Assembly: GCA_030599585.1 (NCBI GenBank)
Contig: JAUVNS010000010.1
Span: 128,001 to 192,000, forward strand
Direction: 5' to 3'
Origin: Promethearchaeota archaeon
Lineage (GTDB): Archaea > Asgardarchaeota > Lokiarchaeia > Sigyniarchaeales > SOKP01
Length of the DNA stretch: 64,000 nt
Part shown: positions 18,596 to 28,598 of the stretch, piece after piece
Layout: every line of letters starts with the position of its first letter
Numbering within the stretch: the first letter of the stretch is position 1
Position numbers and translations under genes: made by a program
The notes under the pieces: model-generated
What the model was told of the DNA's origin: nothing
Databases searched by the model: none
What the model saw: only the letters and a program-made list of their open reading frames with translations

Positions 18596-20524
18596 TTGGC
18601 ATTATTAACATTACTACAAGCAGATATAGATGAAGTTATTAAGCAGTTACAAGTACTAACAGGCTTAAAATTTGATAATTATTTATATAATTTTATTGAA
18701 AAAAGAATAATTTATCGCATTCAAAACTTAAAATTAAATTCCCACGTGGAATATTTAAAATATCTTAAGTCGAATCCGAAAGAAATTGAGGAATTTCTTG
18801 AACGATTTACCATTAATCACACTTATTTTTTCAGAGATTTAGATGTTTTCAAAGCATTAGAAAATTATTTTAAGAATTATAAAACAAAATCGAAAATACG
18901 CGTATGGTCTGCCGCTTGTGCAACGGGAGATGAAGCCTATTCAGTTGCATTGATTTTAGATAAATTAAGCAAACGCGTTAAAAATTTTTCTGATTTTAAA
19001 GTAATAGCGTCTGATATTGATAAAAGGGCAATTGGAGTTGCCAAAAAAGGAAAATATTCTGAATTTTCTTTACATACCACTCCTGATGAATACATTCAAG
19101 AATACTTCAAACGAAAGGAAACACCTTACAGTCCAGAGTTTAAATTGGATGAAGTCTTAATGAAGAAGGTTGAATTCATCGAAGAGGATATAACTATAGG
19201 ACATAAAAAGAAGATAAAATATGACATCGTTTTATGTAGAAATTTCATGATTTATCTTAATAAAAAAGCGCGTAATGAACTCTTAAGGATCATCGAATCC
19301 AAAATGATTAATGGGGGTTTGTTGATTTTAGGGTTAAGCGAATCTTTATTAGGTGTAAAAAGTAGCTTTAAGCCAATTGATATTAAGCATCGTTTCTTTA
19401 TTAAAAGAAGTTCCAATTTCATTGAATCTAATAAGAAACAAATTGAAGAATTAATAAAAAAGACCAAGATACAAAAGCCAATTTTCATAGAGAATAATCT
19501 AACTAATTTTGATGAGCTTGAATTAAAAAATAATATTAATGAAACAACTCTAAAAATAGAAGAAGAAAAATTAAACAAACAGATTAAATACAAATCGATT
19601 GAAGATCAACGAAAGACCATTGAAAAAAGAGCACATGGATTAATTAAAAGAGAACTGATTATACAAGAACAAGAAAAGATTTTATTAAAGAATCTTTCAT
19701 ATTTAAAAAAAAGAGAGAAGGATATATTAAAAAAATCGAAATATATGGAAAAATTAATTCTATTTATTAAAGAACAAGAAAAGGAATTAAATCTCTTCAT
19801 TAGGAATATGGAGTTCTTTTCCAATCAATTAGAAGAAAAGGAAAATCACTTGAATTATAAAGAGAAGCAAATAAATCATCAATTCAATCAAATTGGTTAT
19901 TATACAAATCAATTATTACAAAAAGAAAAAACACTTCCAAAAAAAGAACATAAACATATAGGTGACTATTCACTTGAGGTTGTGGATGAGAAACGAATTG
20001 ATCACATAATTAATCCTAATAAAGATCTAGAATTAACTATTCCAGTGGGATATTATGGAGTTTTGAACTTGCATATTCAAAATGAAACTGCTACTAAGTT
20101 CGGCGTTAATTCTTTAGGAGCAGGAATAGCCTTGATATTAAAGGACGATTCTAATAAAATATATGCATTTTCTCATTCAAGATTTCCCAATTCTTCAGCT
20201 TCAAAGCAAGGATATCATCTCGTTTCTCCTCATTCTTTTATAAATACTTCTGTAATAAGTTTGTTAAATACAATGCTTTATCATGGTGCTGAAAAGAATG
20301 AAATTAAAGCAATTGTTATAGGAGGCGCACGATTGTTTAATGATTTTGATTTAACATTTCAAGAGAATATTGATTCTATCAAAAGAGAATTAAAGAAAAA
20401 TAGTATTTTAACTGAAATCGAAGATTTGGGAGGCTTAAGTGAAAAAGCAGTAAAGTACGATGTAATAAATAATTCTCTTTATGTAAAAAGAGCTTGGGAA
20501 TTTGAATTTAGGAAAATTAATTAA
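18596..20524 (+). CDS. CheR methyltransferase - coiled coil - CheD-like fusion
   Basis: N-term CheR (TYFFRD, VWSAACATGDEAYS, CRNFMIY), central E/K-rich heptads, C-term CheD-like (SLGAGIAL, SHSRFP, IGGARLF, EDLGG). Confidence 0.88.
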   Translation: MALLTLLQADIDEVIKQLQVLTGLKFDNYLYNFIEKRIIYRIQNLKLNSHVEYLKYLKSNPKEIEEFLERFTINHTYFFRDLDVFKALENYFKNYKTKSKIRVWSAACATGDEAYSVALILDKLSKRVKNFSDFKVIASDIDKRAIGVAKKGKYSEFSLHTTPDEYIQEYFKRKETPYSPEFKLDEVLMKKVEFIEEDITIGHKKKIKYDIVLCRNFMIYLNKKARNELLRIIESKMINGGLLILGLSESLLGVKSSFKPIDIKHRFFIKRSSNFIESNKKQIEELIKKTKIQKPIFIENNLTNFDELELKNNINETTLKIEEEKLNKQIKYKSIEDQRKTIEKRAHGLIKRELIIQEQEKILLKNLSYLKKREKDILKKSKYMEKLILFIKEQEKELNLFIRNMEFFSNQLEEKENHLNYKEKQINHQFNQIGYYTNQLLQKEKTLPKKEHKHIGDYSLEVVDEKRIDHIINPNKDLELTIPVGYYGVLNLHIQNETATKFGVNSLGAGIALILKDDSNKIYAFSHSRFPNSSASKQGYHLVSPHSFINTSVISLLNTMLYHGAEKNEIKAIVIGGARLFNDFDLTFQENIDSIKRELKKNSILTEIEDLGGLSEKAVKYDVINNSLYVKRAWEFEFRKIN

Positions 20525-21183
20525 ATAATCACTAATAAATTCGGTTCCAAAATATTGCCGAACAATATTAAAAATCCAATTTTAGCGTCCTATAACAGAC
20601 TTTATGATAAATTTTACAAAGCTCGATATGTGCTAAATCATCTTAGCCGTAACGGAAGCATAAGTGTACTGATTAAAATAGTCAATGATTGCGTAAGAAA
20701 TAGCTTGAGCGAGCGCCATTTTATTGTGTTCGTTAGTGTTTGAATCTTCCACCACAAGGTCAAATTTTACAGTAAATCTGTAATAAATGATCGAAGAAGA
20801 AGAACCTCAAGTATATTGTCATCTTAGCATGATGGGATAATTCCTGACTGATTTTCTAGGTTTCAAAATACCAGATTATAAAGACACTTAATTATGTCAT
20901 ACCTATTATTGCGAGCCAAAAATATAACATTGGAAGGTATGGTGATAATTTGGAACCCATATTTCGCAATAATATGGTATACGCACTTGTAAAAGTTAGC
21001 AAAATCAGAAATATCAGTAATCTCGGTTAATGCTTTAAATTGCCAATAAGAAATATATCCTAAGAGAGTTATAAATTTTCGAGAAAGATCGAGAAAGAAT
21101 GGGGATAAATGATTATATTTAAGGTAATAATTTAAGATCGGGAATGAGACTTTCACGAACATAATAATAATAAAAAATTCTAT

Positions 21184-21225
21184 AAAAAAGTGAAAAAAAA
21201 ATGAAAAAAAAATGAAAAAAAAAAA
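21184..21225 (-). terminator. Oligo-T tract (3x TTTTTTTTTCA-like) directly after the MCP stop
   Basis: Plus strand reads gtgaaaaaaaaatgaaaaaaaaatgaaaaaaaaaaa; archaeal terminators are U-tracts. Confidence 0.5.
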
Positions 21226-21227
21226 CT

Positions 21228-22823
21228 TTATCGTTTTAATTTAGATTTTAATGAAAGTTTCTTCTTTTCTTTTTGTTCCTTGATTGGTTTTGACTCAGTT
21301 CCTTCTGAACCATCAGATTTGTATTGAGTTAAATTACTTTTTAAATCTTCTGCTAGAACACCTAATTTATCAGCTGTAGCAGCGATTTCTTCCATGGATG
21401 CTGTCTGTTCTTCTGCGGATGCGCTAATGCCTTCAATAGATCCCGTAGTAGATTCAAGTCTTTTAAGAATATCATTGATTTTTGAACCCGTAGTTCTAAC
21501 AGAGTTTCTTGATTCTTCAGCAAGTTTTCTTACTTCATCAGCTACAACTGCAAATCCTCTACCATGTTCTCCAGCACGACCAGCTTCTATACTTGCGTTT
21601 AACGCTAGTAAGTTTGTTTGTTCAGAAATAGATACTATTATCTCCATAACTCTTTTAATCTCGGTCGAAGATAGCATTATAGTTTGACTATCATTTGCAA
21701 CTTCTTGTGTTGTTGAGGCGATTTCTTCTGATGCAGCGTTAACTTCACTTGCACTAGCAGCTAATTCTGTAGCTATATTTGCTACAATAATACTTGCTTC
21801 AGATCCTGCTTTTAGCACATTTTCCATATTGGAGGTAACTCTTGCAATACTTTTGGTAGTAGGTATCGCTATTATTAATCCAAGTACAACAACAGCTCCT
21901 AATGCTACGAAAGTGATAACATAGGCTATAAATACACCTAGTTGAGCACTAGCAATTTCTTCGTCTATTTCGGCTTCTGTTTCATGATGTATTTCAGTTA
22001 AGTCTGCGGATAAATGTTCATAATCTAATTCAACATCTTCTAATTTTGCATCAATGTGATCTTTCATGTCAAAGACTCCATCCGCTCCTACAACCATTTC
22101 AGTAAAAGCATGATGGACAGTTTCAATCTCCGCGATCTTATCTGTAATTGTTGCGTTTCCAGCATAAAAAGTTTCAATAACTCCTATTACATTATCGAAA
22201 GTAACAACTGAAGTATTAAATTCTAAATCAGTATCTTCATGGATTCCTTCTAAGTACTCAAACGTTAAATATATCTGTTCGTTAACATAACTTCTCATCA
22301 AAGTTGCATTTAATTTCATCTGAACATCACTAATTAATGCAATCAACTCGTCAATTAAAATATCTATTTGCTCTCGCATATCAATACTCGAATTTAAAGC
22401 TGCGCTTATTTCTTGGATATGAACGATAATTCCATGCTCGTCGCTAGTAATATCATCGATAATGCAATCAAAATCTGTCCCAATATCAACAAGTTCATCA
22501 CCATGCTCTGGATGCAATGTTCTTAATAAATCTAAAGATGAATTAAAAATTTCAGCATGCTCCAAAATATGGTCTATGATACTTTCCTCTTCGGCATGAT
22601 GCGATTCTCCTCCGTTATAGAGGGTTTCAAAAGTTTCTCGAATAATCAACTCCGATTCATATTGCATTGTATCTACGGCTTCCATAATAACAAAATCCTT
22701 TTGGGTAAACTCTGTAAGATACCCATCCAAAGAATTTATTTGAATGGTGCCAACGATTCCGATTGCAAAAGAAAAAGCAATAAGAACGGCAAATCCAATA
22801 GTCATTCTTCTTTTAATATTCAT
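21228..22823 (-). CDS. Methyl-accepting chemotaxis protein (2 TM, helical extracellular sensor, short signalling domain)
   Basis: Tip [38 protein letters not shown]; methylation-type motifs ASEEIAS and [12 protein letters not shown]; two hydrophobic helices. Confidence 0.96.
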   Translation of the reverse strand: MNIKRRMTIGFAVLIAFSFAIGIVGTIQINSLDGYLTEFTQKDFVIMEAVDTMQYESELIIRETFETLYNGGESHHAEEESIIDHILEHAEIFNSSLDLLRTLHPEHGDELVDIGTDFDCIIDDITSDEHGIIVHIQEISAALNSSIDMREQIDILIDELIALISDVQMKLNATLMRSYVNEQIYLTFEYLEGIHEDTDLEFNTSVVTFDNVIGVIETFYAGNATITDKIAEIETVHHAFTEMVVGADGVFDMKDHIDAKLEDVELDYEHLSADLTEIHHETEAEIDEEIASAQLGVFIAYVITFVALGAVVVLGLIIAIPTTKSIARVTSNMENVLKAGSEASIIVANIATELAASASEVNAASEEIASTTQEVANDSQTIMLSSTEIKRVMEIIVSISEQTNLLALNASIEAGRAGEHGRGFAVVADEVRKLAEESRNSVRTTGSKINDILKRLESTTGSIEGISASAEEQTASMEEIAATADKLGVLAEDLKSNLTQYKSDGSEGTESKPIKEQKEKKKLSLKSKLKR

Positions 22824-23249
22824 AATTCTAGTCCTTTTTTTGTGTTTTTTTTTTTTAAAAAATATATTTTTTATAAAAATTAGGTAATTATACCAATTTA
22901 ATTAAATTACTTATATATAAATACTAATATTTACATAAATTTAAAAAAGAAATGTAAATTCTTATCTAAAATCACAAATTTTATCTAAATCTAAAAACTA
23001 ATTTTAAAGAATATTAGTAAATAATTCTTAAATAGAAATAAAAACTCTAAAAAAATTAAGATACTTAAGAAGATTGTAAATAAAAAATAATTTAAATTTA
23101 GTCCTTTCTCATAATATTTTTGAAAATAGAAGTTTTTTTTTAGTGCAATATTAGATTTTGAAGGAACCATCTTTCACAACCCTACCAATAATTTTAGCTT
23201 GAAGTCTTTTTCTCTTTTTATTTCGAGTTAACATTTCAAACTAATAATT

Positions 23250-23306
23250 CATTTCTTTGCAAAAGGAAAAACACCATCAGCTATTTCATGACTTCCTTTA
23301 CCAGGA
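23250..23306 (-). repeat. 57-bp fragment homologous to an internal part of the sulfatase gene (40715-40771)
   Basis: Manual alignment gives 51/57 identical, same orientation; translates PGKGSHEIADGVFPFAKK* vs PGKRGHELADDVFPFAKKW. Confidence 0.85.
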
Positions 23307-23396
23307 GCCTTTCTACAAAGGGAGATAAAACGATACAACTTTTAATGCAGAATATCCAATTAAGTTAGAAGAAAAATTAATAAATAAGTAATTAAA

Positions 23397-23467
23397 TGCG
23401 CCTGCCGGGAATTGAACCCGGGACGCTGACTTGGGAAGCCAGCATATTACCACTATACTACAAGCGC
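23397..23467 (-). tRNA. tRNA-Gly (anticodon CCC), no intron, CCA not encoded
   Basis: GCGCTTG/CAGGCGC acceptor stem, D-arm GTATAGTGGTAATAT, anticodon arm CTGGC-TTCCCAA-GTCAG, T-arm CCGGG-TTCAATT-CCCGG, discriminator A. Confidence 0.96.
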
Positions 23468-23736
23468 AAAAAAGAAAAAAGTAACAAATAATAATGAGCT
23501 CTCGCAAATAAATTTTTATTAATTATTATTCGATTTCTCGAAAAAGAATTTCGTATCAGTTTAACGAACAAGCATCTTTTTTGAATAATGTTATAATCTG
23601 TTTTTTCTAGATTTACAATTAAGGAGAATTAATTAGATTTTCTAACGATTTTTTAGTTAATACTTCTTTGCATAGAATTCACGCTTAAAGATATAATTTT
23701 ATATATTTTTAACTTAAAATAACAGGGTTTAAGAAA

Positions 23737-26379
23737 ATGATTTCAGATAAGAAAAGTGTGGTAGAAGATCTCAAGCTACCTGATGCAATATATCAAACAT
23801 TAATAAATGACATTGTTGATACAATTGTAGAAATTGATTTAAATGGTAATTTTATTTATGTAAGTCCTCAATGTTACAAGATGTTTGGATATCAACCCCA
23901 CGAAGTCATTGGAAGAAAAGCTCTTCGCTTTATTCATTCAGATGATTTATTGAACGTAATGAATAAGATGAAAGAAGCGATAGAAGAACAAAAACATATT
24001 TCATATGAATATAGAGCAAAACATAAAAATGGCGGTTATGTAAATGTTTCAGCTAAAGGAGGAATAATCAACCGAGATGGGAAGGGATCTTTAGTTGGAG
24101 TATTAAGAGATGTTACAGACCAAAAAATCGCAATTAATAAGCTAAAAGATTCAGAGCATCAATATCGAACAATTATTGAATCCATGGGAGTCCCCATACA
24201 TGTTATTGATAAGAATTATAAAATAATTCTAGCTAACAATTCTTTAAACAACTGGTTAACCACATTAAATCTAACTGAAGAATTAGTTGGAAAAATTGTC
24301 TTTGAGGTATTTCCTTTTTTACCCGAAGAAGTAGGTAAAGAATATGATAAGGTCTTCAATACGGGTAAAACAGTAGTAACAAAAGGATTTACTAACCTCA
24401 ATGATAAATTAATTTATACGGTAACCAGAAAGATTCCAATTATCAATAATAATCAAGTCACCCAAATCGTTACTGTTGTAAAGGATATAACTGATAAAAA
24501 AGTAACAGAAGAAAAACTGAAGAAATCTGAGAAGGAATTTCGAAATATTATTGAAAATACTAAGGATGCGATTGTCATAATAGATTTTGAGGGAAAATTA
24601 TTATACATCTCACCTCAATTATCGAAGATGTTGAAAGGGAGAGAAATCACCAAAAACAGTAGATTCTTTCATTATGTCCACAAAGATGATGTCATGAAAT
24701 TGATTTCTTTTTACAAAAACACGCTTAAAGAGAAGACTTTTCTCGAACAACCCGTTGAATTCAGAATTTTGCCTAAACACGGTGACTATAAGTGGTTTTC
24801 AAGTTCATCTAAAAATTATTATGATGACGAAGGCAACATTATTGGTTTCATTTCAACTCTAAAAGACATAACAGATAAGAAGATAGCTGAACAAAAGTTA
24901 AAAGAATCGGAACAAAAATATCGTCTTATTACTGAACAATCTAACGATCTCATAAGAGTTTTAAACGAAAAGTTTGAACTCGAATATGTAAACGAACTTT
25001 CTCTTAAAAATCTATTAGGTTATACTAAGCAAGAATTACTTGGTAAGAATTCAATTATTTTAAACCACCCTGACGATTATAAAAAAGTCCGCCGCTTTAT
25101 GCTCAAAGTGTTCAAGTATGGAGAAAATATGCATGAAACAAGGATAAGACATAAAAATGGTAATTGGGTGTGGTTTGAGAATAAAGCAAAAATGTTTACT
25201 GATGAACAAGGTAATCAAAAATACTTATACATATCCCGGGACATCACTGAAAGGAAAAAAACTGAAAAAGCTCTTAAAGAATCAGAGGAAAAGTACCGAA
25301 GTTTATATAAAAACTCTCCTAATGCTGTTGTTTTAACAAATGAAAGAGGATTGATATTAGATATCAACTCATCAGCGGAAAGAATTCTAGGATATAAGCG
25401 AGAGGAGATAATTGGGAGAAATTATCTGGAATTTAATATGGTTACTTATGAGCAGATCTCGACTATTAAAAGAATGTATAAGGATATTCTCAATGGCATT
25501 AAACCCAAGCCTATTGAGCTACAGATAAAAAGAAAAAATAGTAAGATATCATGGATATCTTTTCAGAGTTCAATGATTAAAATGGATAAGGAAATTATAA
25601 TTGAATCGATTTGTCAAGACATCAATAGTAAAAAGAAAGCTGAAATTCTCATAATCGAGGAAAATAAAAGATTAATGGAACTTAACAAGATAAAGTCCGA
25701 ATTTATCTCGAGAGCGTCTCACGAACTAAAGACCCCCATTACTTCAATATATGGGGGATCTCAAATCTTAATGGAGTTATATAAAGATCAGACATGTTCT
25801 GATGCGATAGAATTTATAGAATTGATTAATAGAGGAGGAAAGAGATTAAAACTTCTAGTTGATAATTTACTTGACGCTTCAAGAATTGATTCTGATAAAT
25901 TAAGATTGAATCTTCAAAGTGAGAACATATCACAAATTATAGGAGACAGCACGAATGAAATTCGATACTTAGCCTATAAACGAAATATTATCATAGAGCA
26001 ACACTTACCTGAAATAACAAATATTGTAGTAGATAAAATTAGAATAGAACAGGTTATCACTAATCTAATCTCAAATGCGATTAAAAACACTCCAAGGAAG
26101 GGGATAATATCGCTAGTTTTAGAGGAAAAACCCGATAGCGTTATATTTAAGGTAAAGGATTCGGGTATAGGATTGACGGAAAAAGAAATGGATAAACTAT
26201 TCAAGAAATTTGGAAAAATAGAACGAGTCGGCCCAAAAATGGATATTGACATCGAAGGTTCGGGTTTAGGTTTGTATATTTCAAAGGAAATAATAGATCT
26301 ACACGGAGGAAATATTTGGGTCGAATCTAAGGGCAGAAATAAAGGAGCGACCTTTTATTTCAAACTATTTAAAAAATAA
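23737..26379 (+). CDS. Cytoplasmic multi-PAS (about 5) histidine kinase
   Basis: Repeated PAS/PAC units ending DITD/ERK, H-box RASHELKTP, DSGIG, GSGLGL; no TM helix. Confidence 0.94.
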   Translation: MISDKKSVVEDLKLPDAIYQTLINDIVDTIVEIDLNGNFIYVSPQCYKMFGYQPHEVIGRKALRFIHSDDLLNVMNKMKEAIEEQKHISYEYRAKHKNGGYVNVSAKGGIINRDGKGSLVGVLRDVTDQKIAINKLKDSEHQYRTIIESMGVPIHVIDKNYKIILANNSLNNWLTTLNLTEELVGKIVFEVFPFLPEEVGKEYDKVFNTGKTVVTKGFTNLNDKLIYTVTRKIPIINNNQVTQIVTVVKDITDKKVTEEKLKKSEKEFRNIIENTKDAIVIIDFEGKLLYISPQLSKMLKGREITKNSRFFHYVHKDDVMKLISFYKNTLKEKTFLEQPVEFRILPKHGDYKWFSSSSKNYYDDEGNIIGFISTLKDITDKKIAEQKLKESEQKYRLITEQSNDLIRVLNEKFELEYVNELSLKNLLGYTKQELLGKNSIILNHPDDYKKVRRFMLKVFKYGENMHETRIRHKNGNWVWFENKAKMFTDEQGNQKYLYISRDITERKKTEKALKESEEKYRSLYKNSPNAVVLTNERGLILDINSSAERILGYKREEIIGRNYLEFNMVTYEQISTIKRMYKDILNGIKPKPIELQIKRKNSKISWISFQSSMIKMDKEIIIESICQDINSKKKAEILIIEENKRLMELNKIKSEFISRASHELKTPITSIYGGSQILMELYKDQTCSDAIEFIELINRGGKRLKLLVDNLLDASRIDSDKLRLNLQSENISQIIGDSTNEIRYLAYKRNIIIEQHLPEITNIVVDKIRIEQVITNLISNAIKNTPRKGIISLVLEEKPDSVIFKVKDSGIGLTEKEMDKLFKKFGKIERVGPKMDIDIEGSGLGLYISKEIIDLHGGNIWVESKGRNKGATFYFKLFKK

Positions 26380-26473
26380 GCTATAGAAAATACTTAGTTT
26401 TATTGGGATTTTTATTCGCTTGCCTTTTTTTTTATGATAAAATTTTAATTTTCTTGCTTTTATCTAGAATGTT

Positions 26474-27148
26474 ATGAGTGTTGAGAAACGATATCATAAA
26501 AAAAATATACACATTGATAATACTAATGCATTACTTATAGTTGATATGCAAAATGATTTTATGCCAGGTGGGGCTTTACCTGTCGAAGAGGGCGATCAAA
26601 TAATTGATAATGTAAATCAAATTTCTGAAATTTTTAAAGTAAATAATAGTAAGATCATATTGACTCAGGATTGGCATCCAAAAAACCATAAATCTTTTGC
26701 TAGTAGCTACAATGATAAAAATCCAGGTGACGAATATCATTCTGATGGTATTGGCCCTGTATTATGGCCAGATCACTGTGTACAAGGAACAAAAGGAGCA
26801 CAGTTTCATGATAAATTGAATGTTGAAAATGTTCACGCAATAATCCGAAAAGGTTATAATCTTGAGGTAGATAGTTATTCAGGCTTTATTGAAAATGATA
26901 AAAAATCAGAAACTGGACTTAAAGGTTACCTTAATTCCCTGAAAATTAAAAAAATTTTTATTTGTGGATTAGCTTTGGACTATTGTTGTTATTACACCGC
27001 TTTAGATGGAATAGATTTTGGTTTTGAAGTTTATTTTTTAGTAAATTTAACCAGAGGGATAGATCTACCTCCTGGAAACATATCAATAGCTCTCCAACAC
27101 ATGAGAGAGAAGGGAATTAAATTCGCTACTAAAGATAATTTAATCTAG
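26474..27148 (+). CDS. pncA: Nicotinamidase/pyrazinamidase
   Basis: VDMQNDF.PGGAL, QDWHP..H.SF, WPDHCVQGT.GA, DSYSGF, GLALDYC. Confidence 0.94.
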   Translation: MSVEKRYHKKNIHIDNTNALLIVDMQNDFMPGGALPVEEGDQIIDNVNQISEIFKVNNSKIILTQDWHPKNHKSFASSYNDKNPGDEYHSDGIGPVLWPDHCVQGTKGAQFHDKLNVENVHAIIRKGYNLEVDSYSGFIENDKKSETGLKGYLNSLKIKKIFICGLALDYCCYYTALDGIDFGFEVYFLVNLTRGIDLPPGNISIALQHMREKGIKFATKDNLI

Positions 27149-27258
27149 AACAAGATTACTTAATTTTCTTCTAAATTTGCATGAAATTATTGAATTTTTT
27201 TCCTGTCCAAATCATTCCAAAAACTAATTATTAAGAAAAAGAATTTTCTAAAGTATCG

Positions 27259-27744
27259 ATGAATCAAAAATATAACCGCTTTCCATATAGGAAAATTCTA
27301 GTTGTCTGTAGCGTTAACACTGCTAGAAGTCCGATGTCTGAAGGAATTCTCAGAGATTTCTTTTCCCGTAATGCAATGGATGTTTCTGTATCTTCTGGTG
27401 GTATCGCTTCAAACGCTAGAGACGGGATGCTTATTTCTTTAGATGCGAAGTTAGTTATGGAAGAAATTGGTATTTATCTTTCAGATGATTCTGTTTCAGT
27501 TGACCTAAAAAAACACCCTGAATTAATGCAAAAGGTGGACTTAATTCTCGCCTTAACAGAGAAGCACAAAAAAGAAATCTACAATCATTTTAAGTTAGAG
27601 AACAAGGCTGTTTTTACATTAAGAGAATTTGCAGGAGAAAATGGAGATATTGATGATCCTTCCATGAAAGGTCCTATAGGTTTTCGAAAGGCTCGTGATG
27701 AGATAGAACATTGTATAGTTGAAGGAATGAAAAGATTTGAGTGA
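27259..27744 (+). CDS. Low-molecular-weight protein phosphatase (LMW-PTP/YwlE/ArsC family)
   Basis: P-loop VCSVNTARSPM; DIDDP acid loop. Confidence 0.85.
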   Translation: MNQKYNRFPYRKILVVCSVNTARSPMSEGILRDFFSRNAMDVSVSSGGIASNARDGMLISLDAKLVMEEIGIYLSDDSVSVDLKKHPELMQKVDLILALTEKHKKEIYNHFKLENKAVFTLREFAGENGDIDDPSMKGPIGFRKARDEIEHCIVEGMKRFE

Positions 27745-28595
27745 TTTTTATGATTGAATACATAATATTAGCAATACTGCAAGGATTATTTGAGTGGTTG
27801 CCCATTTCTTCTTCTGGGCAAGTTATGATAATTTCAATTAATTTTTTTGGTATTCCTCCTGAAAAAGCATTTAGTTTAAGCATTTGGATGCATTTAGGAA
27901 CTGCAATCGCGGTTTTAATAAAACTAAGAAAAGATTACCTTCAAATAGTTAAATCCGTAATACCAAAGAGGTTTAAAGTTGATGAAGATGATATTAAGAA
28001 ACGAAACTGGTTAATTTATGCCACGATTGGAACAGCTATAACTGCCATCCCGTTATATCTACTGTTTAAATTTGTAATAATAGAAGGTTTTGACGCAACA
28101 CAGGGTGATTTGTTAACTTTGGCGATTTCTAGCCTACTAATTGTAACTGGAATTGTTTTATTGATTTTTAAAAGGAAATTTGGAAAAAAAACTATCGGGA
28201 CAGTGTCAGATCGGGAACTCATCAAGGATTCGAGCATATCTGGGTTAATTCAAGGAATTGCAATACTTCCGGGAATATCCCGTTCAGGGTTCACTGTATC
28301 CACAATTCTATTCGAGAAATATGACCAAGATCAAAGTTTAAAATTAAGTTTTCTAATGTCGGTCCCTGTAGTACTCGCTTCTATTGGAATGGATATAATC
28401 TTCGGAGAAGGATCGGTTTTTGGAACAATTGATATCTTCACAATTTTGATTATAATAGCAGTTAGTTTCATTGTAGGTTACCTTTCAATGGAACTATTGT
28501 TAAAAATCGCACAAAAAATCAATTTTAGTTATTTCTGTATCCTATATGGAGTATTATCATTCTTGATAATTGTCCCTTTCACATTATTCGGATAG
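27741..28595 (+). CDS. uppP: Undecaprenyl/polyprenyl-diphosphate phosphatase (BacA family)
   Basis: QGLFEWLPISSSGQ, HLGT, PGISRSG.T, SFLMSVP; multiple TM helices. Confidence 0.92.
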   Translation: MIFMIEYIILAILQGLFEWLPISSSGQVMIISINFFGIPPEKAFSLSIWMHLGTAIAVLIKLRKDYLQIVKSVIPKRFKVDEDDIKKRNWLIYATIGTAITAIPLYLLFKFVIIEGFDATQGDLLTLAISSLLIVTGIVLLIFKRKFGKKTIGTVSDRELIKDSSISGLIQGIAILPGISRSGFTVSTILFEKYDQDQSLKLSFLMSVPVVLASIGMDIIFGEGSVFGTIDIFTILIIIAVSFIVGYLSMELLLKIAQKINFSYFCILYGVLSFLIIVPFTLFG

Positions 28596-28598
28596 ATT

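Noticed and set aside
20863-21162. YKCVYHII..KY resembling the IS200 transposase N-terminus
   Set aside because: No HUH motif or terminal hairpins seen; the match is too short to call a mobile element.
21184-21225. Short tandem repeat as a possible CRISPR or VNTR
   Set aside because: Only A-tracts separated by TG, with no spacers; better explained as a U-tract terminator. No CRISPR array or cas gene seen in the window.
22557-22883. 108-aa ORF, and the many other short antisense or overlapping ORFs in the track
   Set aside because: Shadow frames of well-supported genes, with no independent motifs.
23313-23507. 64-aa ORF across the tRNA
   Set aside because: Overlaps a canonical tRNA-Gly cloverleaf on the same strand.
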